In this document: positions 42,924 to 50,725 of the stretch, one piece after another
Layout: each line of letters opens with the position of its first letter
Position numbering within the stretch: the stretch's first letter is position 1
DNA from: Achromobacter sp.
GTDB lineage: Bacteria > Pseudomonadota > Gammaproteobacteria > Burkholderiales > Burkholderiaceae_B
Assembly (NCBI RefSeq): GCF_032102605.1
Contig: NZ_DAMDGT010000002.1
Span: 55,113-119,112 of the forward strand
Reading direction: 5' to 3'
DNA length: 64,000 nt
The notes under the pieces: model-generated
What the model saw: the letters and a program-made list of their open reading frames with translations, nothing else
Told to the model about the DNA's origin: nothing
Database searches by the model: none
Translations under genes and position numbers: made by a program

Positions 42924-43465
42924 TGAGCAACATGCCAGCCGACTATGCCAAATTCCGATTTGACGTTAGGGTTGGCTATGCGGTCTACGTGCGGAAAGAC
43001 CATCAGGCCGCAATCGCCTTCTCAGGGCGAAAGAGAAAGCCTGAATTTCACCGCGCGTACCAAAGCGCCGAAGCAATGCGTCTTGACGTCGACGCCTATG
43101 TCGAGGAAATGGAACGCAAGGCAAAGGTTGCCGCCGCAAAGCTGGAGCATGCGACTTCGAACCAAGTCGGAGACATCTACCAGGCTGTTTGGGGAAGATC
43201 GACGACAGACGTGGATTACTACCAGGTAGTGTCCATATCGGGAAAGTCGCTTTTGTGGCTTCGACCGCTGATCAAACGCCCAGGCAAACGAGGCACACAT
43301 CCTTGGGTGCCTGTTCCTGGCATGTACACTGCGCCCCCAGTACGGAGGCGTGTAAGTACTGACGGGAGGGTAAAGATCGACGACGTGACCATCGCGCACA
43401 AGCTTTGGCCGGCAGATAAGCCCCGATCCTCCGTAGTTCCGAGACCGGTGCTGTATCGCGTATAA
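42899..43465 (+). CDS. Hypothetical protein coupled to the primase gene
   Basis: ATG at 42899 overlaps the primase 3' end. 188 aa, basic, no motif recognised. Confidence 0.4.
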   Translation: MRRTQYPIVSNMPADYAKFRFDVRVGYAVYVRKDHQAAIAFSGRKRKPEFHRAYQSAEAMRLDVDAYVEEMERKAKVAAAKLEHATSNQVGDIYQAVWGRSTTDVDYYQVVSISGKSLLWLRPLIKRPGKRGTHPWVPVPGMYTAPPVRRRVSTDGRVKIDDVTIAHKLWPADKPRSSVVPRPVLYRV

Positions 43466-43472
43466 GCCAGCA

Positions 43473-43504
43473 AACCCTATTCCTTTTGGAATAGGGTTTT
43501 TTTT
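43473..43504 (+). terminator. Rho-independent terminator
   Basis: AACCCTATTCC-TTTT-GGAATAGGGTT stem followed by a T run. Confidence 0.85.
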
Positions 43505-43520
43505 ACCCGGGCCTACCCAC

Positions 43521-44009
43521 TCACCGCGCGGGAAGATCAGAAGAGGCGATACCTCGTCCTTTTAGCGGTGCCAACGCATCCGCCAGCTTCCGATCGAACC
43601 GTTCGGCGCCAAGGCGGAGCTCGCAGAGGACCTCTTCCAGTAGCAGGCCAAACTCGTCGACCTCCGGATGCGGTTCCTGCCAAGGCTCTTCATGGTCGTC
43701 GTGGTCGATATCACCACATCCCAACGGGCAGCAGTTCGGATCAATTCCGTGTGTGCAATAGCCACACTCAGCCAGTTCAATTTGAACCTGTGCCAACTCC
43801 CCCGCCGCGAGGTAGCCGAAAGGCACGGCAACAGAAATCGCGAGCGACTTCATCTCGCCAGGAAGCCCAACAATGTGCTCTTCGACGGCGGCACTGAATC
43901 GTTGCTGGTACAGGTCATAGCTCAGTCCGCATCCGGCATGGGCCATCGCCTGGAGTGATTCACAACGCGCCTCCCATGTCGCGACGTCGAAGTTGACCAT
44001 GTCCGTCAT
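43521..44009 (-). CDS. Hypothetical acidic protein with a Cys cluster (CGYCTHGIDPNCCPLGC)
   Basis: 162 aa; start overlaps the helicase stop by 4 nt. Possible zinc-binding cluster. Confidence 0.45.
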   Translation of the reverse strand: MTDMVNFDVATWEARCESLQAMAHAGCGLSYDLYQQRFSAAVEEHIVGLPGEMKSLAISVAVPFGYLAAGELAQVQIELAECGYCTHGIDPNCCPLGCGDIDHDDHEEPWQEPHPEVDEFGLLLEEVLCELRLGAERFDRKLADALAPLKGRGIASSDLPAR

Positions 44010-45976
44010 TGCGCCCCCTGACCGGCAATTCGACTTTCCGCCTCGAAAGCAAGGGCCCGCAGAGCGGCATGCTCCAGGTCTGAGTACGTGAGCTCTATCC
44101 CCATAAAGAGCGATCGAGTCGCGCCGCTCTGCGCCCCCAGGTCATGAAATACATCCCCAGGCCCGCGCATCGCAGCATCGCGAACCGCTAGACTAAACCC
44201 GTCGGCGCACTCTTCAAGCAGGCGGAGCCGGTCAAGGCTCGCCTGTTTAATCTCGCCGTCCAGAAGCATGAAAAAATAGCCCTTTCCGCCCGTGCGAGCG
44301 AGACGCCCCCGCAACTGGTGCAGCTGTGTGACGCCGAATCGTTCGGGATGAACCACGACCATACAAACCAGCGACGGCAGCGTCACCCCGACTTCAATTA
44401 GCGTTGTACTGACGAGCAGATCGATCTCTTTCTCTCTCATCCGTTTGAGAACCTCATCTTTCTCCTCGTCCTTCATTCTCCCGTGCACGAATCCAACGCG
44501 GTCGCTGAAATGTGCGGGAAACCGACGAAACGCCGAGGTGCCGCTTGCCTGGTCGTCGTCTCCGTCCACCAATGGGTAGATCAACGCAGCCTGGCCGCCT
44601 TTCGCAATCAAGTCCTTCACAAACGCTGATAGCTGTTGGGCCTTTTCCCTATCCACCAATCGCGTCCGGACAAGCTTGGTGACTGGAACCTCTCGCAACT
44701 CCGACACGTCCATCCCGGCCAACCCTACCAGCGCCACGGTGCGAGGAATCGCCGTCGCAGTGACTTCCAGTAGATTCGTGGACGGACCGACCAAGGCTGC
44801 ACGCTGAGCCGTCGAGAACTTCTGCTGTTCGTCAACAATCACGAGGTCGAACGCTCTGCCGCCCTTTTTTGCCCACGAGATGATCGCGGTCGTCCCAATC
44901 ACCAACGCGTCATCTACGTCCTTGGGCTTGGCGCCAGCGATCATGCACACCGCCTTAATGTGCGGAAAGAATGCAACGCACTCGGAGTGGACCTGGGCGG
45001 CCAAAGGGCGACTCGGACACACTATTGCCACGCGGGCGCCAACCTCGCTGGCAGCTGCGGCGATAACCAGATACACCGCAGTCTTGCCTGTCCCAACATC
45101 ACCCGACAGCAGCCGTGCCATGGCCAGGTTCGAACTCAAATCGTCCATGATGTGCTTTACCGCCCGCCGCTGGTCCTTCGTCATAGGATAGGGCACCATC
45201 TTTATCAACTCGGCCAGTCTTTCCACAGTCAAGACAATTCGAGATTTCGGCTGATTGGTGCGTTCACGGTTCGCGCCAACCTTCCAGGCAATCGCGGCGA
45301 GCGATAAGGCACGGGCTGCGGCCAACGATTGGGTGGCGTCGGCGAGGGAATCGGGCCAGTGTAGTTGCCTGATCAGACTCTCCGCAGGCATGTCAATCGT
45401 CGCCCGTATGGCGTCGGCATCCATGCCTGTTCGCTGCGACAGAAGGGCGACCGCCCCCGGGATCCCGTCTGGGCCAACGCTATGCACCGCTAACCGGATC
45501 TTGTCACCTCCTAACACCCCCTGCTTTCCTCGATAGAACGGCCGTACGCCCCCTCTTGCGTCCGCAGCGATAAAAGACGGATTGACCATGGAAGCGCGCC
45601 CGTGCGACGACCTCAGTACACCTGCAACGAAGATATCGTCGCCCGGCATCACTGTCCGCCAATTCGCCATATCACCGTAGCAGTGGAAATCTGCCTCGCT
45701 ACCGGCCGAGTCCGAAGCCCTTACGAACACTCGCCCAGCTTCCATGCTTTCCCGGTCGACCGGCCGCCCGCTCTGGGTCATGAAGACAATGGAAATGCAG
45801 GCCACCAAGACATATGACTCGCTGCCTTGGTTTGCCACGGGCAAGATGGTGGATGGCTGCCTGTAGTCGTGATATCCCGCCGGCGCGATGAGCAATGCTG
45901 CTTCTCGGGAATCGACCCCGGCTTTGGCCAAAGACTTCCAGAGAGCGTCAATGTGATTAACCGCAGTCGCGTTCAT
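44006..45976 (-). CDS. RecG-like SF2 DNA helicase
   Basis: N-terminal OB/wedge-like region, then motif I GDVGTGKT, II VDEQQKF, III VTATAIPRT, followed by HGRMKDEEK, LVSTTLIEVGVTLPS and GVTQLHQLRGRLARTG. These parallel RecG motifs. Confidence 0.8.
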   Translation of the reverse strand: MNATAVNHIDALWKSLAKAGVDSREAALLIAPAGYHDYRQPSTILPVANQGSESYVLVACISIVFMTQSGRPVDRESMEAGRVFVRASDSAGSEADFHCYGDMANWRTVMPGDDIFVAGVLRSSHGRASMVNPSFIAADARGGVRPFYRGKQGVLGGDKIRLAVHSVGPDGIPGAVALLSQRTGMDADAIRATIDMPAESLIRQLHWPDSLADATQSLAAARALSLAAIAWKVGANRERTNQPKSRIVLTVERLAELIKMVPYPMTKDQRRAVKHIMDDLSSNLAMARLLSGDVGTGKTAVYLVIAAAASEVGARVAIVCPSRPLAAQVHSECVAFFPHIKAVCMIAGAKPKDVDDALVIGTTAIISWAKKGGRAFDLVIVDEQQKFSTAQRAALVGPSTNLLEVTATAIPRTVALVGLAGMDVSELREVPVTKLVRTRLVDREKAQQLSAFVKDLIAKGGQAALIYPLVDGDDDQASGTSAFRRFPAHFSDRVGFVHGRMKDEEKDEVLKRMREKEIDLLVSTTLIEVGVTLPSLVCMVVVHPERFGVTQLHQLRGRLARTGGKGYFFMLLDGEIKQASLDRLRLLEECADGFSLAVRDAAMRGPGDVFHDLGAQSGATRSLFMGIELTYSDLEHAALRALAFEAESRIAGQGAQ

Positions 45977-47886
45977 TCGGCCTCCTGTGTGGTTGAGCGT
46001 TTGCCCGCTTCGACGGCCGCCTTTTTGCGATGCTGCTGGGCTTCCAGGGCCTGCATCACGACTCGGCTCATCTCCGCCGACGCTGTCGGATCAAGCGCGG
46101 CCAGGCCAAGCGGGCGACGCCCAGGCTTAGATGCGCCACCTTTCTTGGGCTTCCCTGACGCCTCTTCTTCGGCGACAAACTGGAGCAACGCCTCTTCCTC
46201 CGCCTCCTCTTCGAGGTCGGCCATGGCATCGGCGAGCGCTCGCTGCGCGTCGCGATCACTTGGCCGCGCGTTCCCGGATTCGGACTCCTGCGGCGGTGTC
46301 AATTGGTCAGGTGCGCCATCCTCTGCCGGGCAGTCAGCGCTCAGGCCAGTCGGAGCCCCGAACGCAGCGGCGTTCTTCTCCTGGATCCAGGATTCCGATG
46401 GCGGCACAGGCAGGTGGTAGAACGACGCGGCCTTTATCACAGCTGTGGCGACGTGGTCGGCTAAGTAGGTCAATCGTCCCAGCTCGGCCATCGTCGGTGG
46501 CGGCGAATGCATGACAATGGCCGGCGCGAAATCTGTAATGTGCTTTGTTGTCTTCCCGTGGTAGAGCCCAACGCTATACATTGGGAGGTGCGGCGAGAAG
46601 GACGCGCTCCGATGCTCGGCATACAAAAGGCCACGGTCATAGAGGGCGGCTAGGATCGCGCACGTGATTTTGTACCGATCAGGCCCGCTAGAGATGGTCT
46701 CACCAAGCTTTTTGAGAACCAGATTCCGCAAGTCATGTTCGCGGATGAAGATCTTTCCCTCGTGTTTCTGGCCAATCCGTACGGATGCATCCTTCTCCGG
46801 GTCTCCCGTGCCGTTGATTCGACCTGGCTCGCAAAGAACCGAGACTAGCGCCTCCCATACTTGGTCCGCGTCATAATCGTCGACCTCCTGATCTTGGCTT
46901 GCGCTGACGCCGGTCTCTTCGACGCCCACGGCCCGATCGGCAGCTACCAGAATTCCCATTAGCGCGGCAGCACGGTCATCGACCGGAAGGCCGTACTTGT
47001 CGATAGGAAAGTCACTCGGATGATGGTAGTGAGCCAGCGCAACGCTCAGCGCTTCGCGATCGTGGTCCGGCAGTTCCCAGTACTCCGGCATCCTGGATAG
47101 TAAGCGCGGTGCAAGCACGTCATGCACCACGCCTTTGTCATCATCATGGCTGGTGTTTCCAGCTTCCTCCGCGTTGGCCACGATATCGCCTTTCGCAGAG
47201 ACTCGATACACGAGAAGCTTGCCGATGTCATGCGCCATTCCTATAACAGCAATGAGCGGGTCTTGCGGCAAGAGCTTGTAGCCGGGGTCTTTCTTATCCA
47301 AGACTTTGAACGTCTTACGACGACGCGCTTTTACGTACACGCCGGAATACTCGAAGCCTGGCGCGAGTTCCAACGCCTTGACGGCTACTGCCGCGCAATG
47401 CTCGTGCAGCAGCCGGGATGCATGTCCGCCACGTCGATGCGATGCTGGGTAATGCTTGTGAGCGCAGTATGTGTCCCATACCGCCAAAAGGAGGTTATGG
47501 TGTGCCGGCCAGGTGGCTTTCGCCTGCGCCATCCACATATCCAGCGCCGGTGGCAGCGCTAGCCGTTCTTTTTGCGGGTCTCGGATTCTCGGTAGGGCAT
47601 TGAAAGAGGTTGGGACTTCACCGATCGAGCACTCAATTCCCAATAGTGCCGTGGGCTGGATACGAGACCGGGCCAGCTCCCGCCGGACGAGAATTACGGC
47701 CGCGACAGTCGCCGACGACGCGAGAATGACGAGCAGCGAAGTGCGCCATTCAAAATCCTCTGTGGCGAGGTAGGAAAGCACTCCCAGGGGGTTGTCTCCG
47801 AACTCGACGATGGTGAGCAGGACCCACCAGAACAGCGTTACGCGCGCAATGCGTAAAGGGAGTTTGTTATTTGCGCCAAGGGCCAT
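45973..47886 (-). CDS. traI: HD-domain protein, probable MOBH-family (PFGI-1/GGI class) TraI relaxase
   Basis: Hydrophobic N-terminus, then HKHYPASHRRGGHASRLLHEHCAAVAVKALEL and IGMAHDIGKLLVY (HD domain pattern as in ICE TraI proteins, from memory), with an acidic/Ala-rich tail. Confidence 0.55.
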   Translation of the reverse strand: MALGANNKLPLRIARVTLFWWVLLTIVEFGDNPLGVLSYLATEDFEWRTSLLVILASSATVAAVILVRRELARSRIQPTALLGIECSIGEVPTSFNALPRIRDPQKERLALPPALDMWMAQAKATWPAHHNLLLAVWDTYCAHKHYPASHRRGGHASRLLHEHCAAVAVKALELAPGFEYSGVYVKARRRKTFKVLDKKDPGYKLLPQDPLIAVIGMAHDIGKLLVYRVSAKGDIVANAEEAGNTSHDDDKGVVHDVLAPRLLSRMPEYWELPDHDREALSVALAHYHHPSDFPIDKYGLPVDDRAAALMGILVAADRAVGVEETGVSASQDQEVDDYDADQVWEALVSVLCEPGRINGTGDPEKDASVRIGQKHEGKIFIREHDLRNLVLKKLGETISSGPDRYKITCAILAALYDRGLLYAEHRSASFSPHLPMYSVGLYHGKTTKHITDFAPAIVMHSPPPTMAELGRLTYLADHVATAVIKAASFYHLPVPPSESWIQEKNAAAFGAPTGLSADCPAEDGAPDQLTPPQESESGNARPSDRDAQRALADAMADLEEEAEEEALLQFVAEEEASGKPKKGGASKPGRRPLGLAALDPTASAEMSRVVMQALEAQQHRKKAAVEAGKRSTTQEAE

Positions 47887-47890
47887 AGCC

Positions 47891-48814
47891 TCAACTCCCC
47901 TTTTTGCTCAGGTCCCCGGGTTCCAATGTGCGGGAGAAGTCAAACGGCGTGTACTTCGCCCTGCCCAGTAGCCATCTGCGCGCGAATCTGACCGCCTTGA
48001 AATGCTCATGATCTGGCAGCCCAAATTGCTTCGCCAACTCGCTGGCCTGGTCCTCATTGGCGATCCCTTTACCGACTTGTCCAATGATCCAGTACCCGGC
48101 CGCCATAGCGTTATCAGGCTTCGTGCCAACGCCTCTCTGGTACAGGTACACAAGCGCATCAATCGCATCCGGATAGTTCATCGAGGCAGCCTTCCGCATC
48201 GCAATGAAGCCCTGTTTCTCACGGCCAGTGTCCAGAAGCAGACGAGCATGCAGGTATGTCCCGTACGGGCTCTTCCATTTCGCCGCGCGCTCCGACCATT
48301 CCAGTGCCTCGGCCGTGCGCCCTTGCGAGAACAACAGACTCGCAGCCATCGCGGCCGCGGGGCCGATCCCATCAGCTTGTTGATAGGCCGTCAGCGCTTC
48401 GCGCGGATCCGCCGGCACGCCGCGCCCTTCCTTGAGCAGGACACCGAGGTTGTAGGCCGCAAGCGGCACCTTCTTCTTGGCTTCCGAGAAATAGGAGGCC
48501 GCACGTGCGCTGTCACGCGGCACGCCAATACCGTTGTCGAAGGCGTATCCTAGGATTGCCTTGGCCTCCGGATTGCCACGCCGAGCCATAAGGCCAAGGC
48601 GGTCCAACGCCTCCCGATCGCCCGACATGTGTGCCGACCAAAGCTTGGCCGCATCTCCCCTCGCCCCAAGTCCGTCATTGCCTATGCGAAACGCGCTTTT
48701 CACTCCGTCCGTCAGCGCCTCCATCACCCCACTGGAGGCATGAACTGACGCAGGTGCCGACAAGCAGACCGTCACCAGGGCCATTGCAGCGAATTTCTCT
48801 TTTCGGCACGACAT
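47891..48814 (-). CDS. Secreted Sel1-repeat (SLR/TPR-like) protein
   Basis: Signal peptide and about 6 repeats of the type A..W...AA.QG...A...LG..Y..G.GV..D...A. First gene of the traI operon. Confidence 0.7.
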   Translation of the reverse strand: MSCRKEKFAAMALVTVCLSAPASVHASSGVMEALTDGVKSAFRIGNDGLGARGDAAKLWSAHMSGDREALDRLGLMARRGNPEAKAILGYAFDNGIGVPRDSARAASYFSEAKKKVPLAAYNLGVLLKEGRGVPADPREALTAYQQADGIGPAAAMAASLLFSQGRTAEALEWSERAAKWKSPYGTYLHARLLLDTGREKQGFIAMRKAASMNYPDAIDALVYLYQRGVGTKPDNAMAAGYWIIGQVGKGIANEDQASELAKQFGLPDHEHFKAVRFARRWLLGRAKYTPFDFSRTLEPGDLSKKGS

Positions 48815-48836
48815 TCAGGCTCTCACGCAGACGATT

Positions 48837-49940
48837 TTGACCCTGGCGATGTTAACATTTAGAGGTGTCAACCATCTGATTTATATAAATCTTATGATAA
48901 AAAATCGATCAGATCTCAGCCCGATTGGTCGCGGGGAAGACCTCCGGATGCTCTGCCGCCTGTACGTCCAACATCGGGGAACCGAGCAAGAAAAGCAGCT
49001 TTCTGACCAAATCGCGCGGCTCGTTCTGACCAACCCAGACATCCGGGCGATCGCCTGGAGCGCCCTCCGGCGCTACGGGCATCTGGGAAGCGATCGACTG
49101 GAAGAGCTGTTGAGCGAACTCGCGGCGGTCGTCGTCATCCGGCTTCTACCGCGAATGCGGGATCCCGATGCCATATGGGGCGCGCTCAAGGGCTGCGCAC
49201 GCAACCTCGTCCTTGACTACACGCGCAATCCGTACGATTCCGAGCTGCCCTTCACGGCGGACCTGGACGACCCCAAGGTCGGGGCCGCGCTTGTACCTGT
49301 AGAATCGGATACTCTCCGCCTCGATACGACCATGATGGCCAAGAAAGCCCACGCACAACTCGCCGCAGCCCTGGCCGCGCCCCCAGCGCGCGAAGATTGG
49401 ATCCCGGTGCCGATTCCCCCGTTGGACGGCCAACTACCCGGGGCGCCCATCCCCCTGGCCGAGCTATCCTCGCTGCCGGCGAAGCCGACACGCGCCCCCC
49501 GGACAGCGAAAATCGCATCCGCAGGGCAGCTTGAGCTGCGCGAGATCAAGTCCAAGCTCCAGATGACAATTCCCGAACTGGCCTCGGCGCTGGGGAGCAA
49601 TCCGAACACGCTCAGCGCCTACATGAAGGGCATCGCCCCCCTACCGGATGAAGTGCTGGAACGGGCGCGCTTGGTGTTCCGCGCAAAGTTCGACCAAGTC
49701 AAGCGGCAAAACGACCGGTGGAAGCAAATCGCGGGCAAGAGCGGCAGCATGGCGAAGATGATCGCCGAATGGAAGGAGCGCGCAGGCGTCCGGACGAACC
49801 GTGAGCTCGCCCAGATACTCGACGTGTCTGAAACCACCATCACGCGCTGGAGCCAAGACCTCAACATTCCCCCGCCCCACCGTATGCGCAAGTACGACGG
49901 GCTTGTCGACGCCGCCGGCGGCAGCGCCTCGAAGACCTAG
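48837..49940 (+). CDS. Putative transcription regulator (sigma-70 region-2-like N-terminus, two C-terminal HTH segments)
   Basis: AVVVIRLLPRMRDPDAIWGALKGCARNLVLDYTRN, then MTIPELASALGSNPNTLSAYMKG and RTNRELAQILDVSETTITRWSQ. Start uncertain (MIKNRS at 48897 is possible). Confidence 0.5.
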   Translation: MTLAMLTFRGVNHLIYINLMIKNRSDLSPIGRGEDLRMLCRLYVQHRGTEQEKQLSDQIARLVLTNPDIRAIAWSALRRYGHLGSDRLEELLSELAAVVVIRLLPRMRDPDAIWGALKGCARNLVLDYTRNPYDSELPFTADLDDPKVGAALVPVESDTLRLDTTMMAKKAHAQLAAALAAPPAREDWIPVPIPPLDGQLPGAPIPLAELSSLPAKPTRAPRTAKIASAGQLELREIKSKLQMTIPELASALGSNPNTLSAYMKGIAPLPDEVLERARLVFRAKFDQVKRQNDRWKQIAGKSGSMAKMIAEWKERAGVRTNRELAQILDVSETTITRWSQDLNIPPPHRMRKYDGLVDAAGGSASKT

Positions 49941-50689
49941 GGGTGCGGCCCGCCCCCAGACAGGCCGCTGCGCTCCAACACCCCCTCCATCTCGACCAGC
50001 CGTCCCAACTCTTGAAGCTTGGATGTCGGGGCGAACACAACGCTTGACCCCCCCCCGATTGCCCCTCCGGTTGCAGAGATCGAGAGGAGACCGGTGCGGA
50101 GCAAAGCCCCTCTGACCGCTTCAAAGTCGCCCCATCGAGCGGTGTCGGGCCCATAAATGCCTTGATACACCGCCGATGCCAACTCCACCAGTCGGGCCGT
50201 GCGCAAGTCGGCAGGCGCATGGCGCAGATATCCGGCCAAAACGACAATCTCGTCTGAAGTCAATCCGGCCAGGATATCTGCCCAACGGTAGAACTCGTCG
50301 GCATATACCGCGTCGTGTGCAAGTTGGCCAGCGAGAATGGCCGCCAGCATGCGCAGATTGATTCGTCCGACCCCCTCACGCACTGCCCGCGCGTAGCGCA
50401 CCGTGATTGCCGCGAACTCTTCCAGCTCAACATTTTCCGGCGTCGCCCGCCCCGCCCTTAGCTCCCCAAGCATGATTTCCCGGGCTTCCTGCGCCTTGCG
50501 GGCGTAGTGAGTCTGAAGCGCGGCCTTTGCCGTGGCGCTAAGGACCGCCGCCCCCGGAATACATAGCGCCGCGAGCGTATCCGATATCGCTGCGCCAAGG
50601 TAGTCAGCGACATTGCTCTCGACAGCCGGTCGTACGGGTGCGGCAGCGCGGGTAGCCGCGCCGCCGTGGGACGTTTTAGGTATTGCCAC
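49937..50689 (-). CDS. Hypothetical protein, partner of the KAP NTPase
   Basis: 250-aa ORF 36 nt downstream of the KAP gene on the same strand. Helical, Ala-rich, no recognised motif. Confidence 0.5.
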   Translation of the reverse strand: MAIPKTSHGGAATRAAAPVRPAVESNVADYLGAAISDTLAALCIPGAAVLSATAKAALQTHYARKAQEAREIMLGELRAGRATPENVELEEFAAITVRYARAVREGVGRINLRMLAAILAGQLAHDAVYADEFYRWADILAGLTSDEIVVLAGYLRHAPADLRTARLVELASAVYQGIYGPDTARWGDFEAVRGALLRTGLLSISATGGAIGGGSSVVFAPTSKLQELGRLVEMEGVLERSGLSGGGPHP

Positions 50690-50725
50690 AACTCGCTCCT
50701 TCGGACTTGAGATCGTTGCGCCGCT

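Noticed and set aside
47640-47886. Hydrophobic N-terminus of the TraI-like protein as a novelty
   Set aside because: An N-terminal hydrophobic or membrane-association region is, as I recall, a described feature of MOBH relaxases (gonococcal genetic island TraI). It supports the family call and is not unusual.
49937-49940. Convergent genes whose stop codons overlap in a CTAG palindrome with no terminator between them
   Set aside because: This is a real sequence feature but is probably trivial. A tail-to-tail overlap of 4 nt does not by itself indicate regulation.
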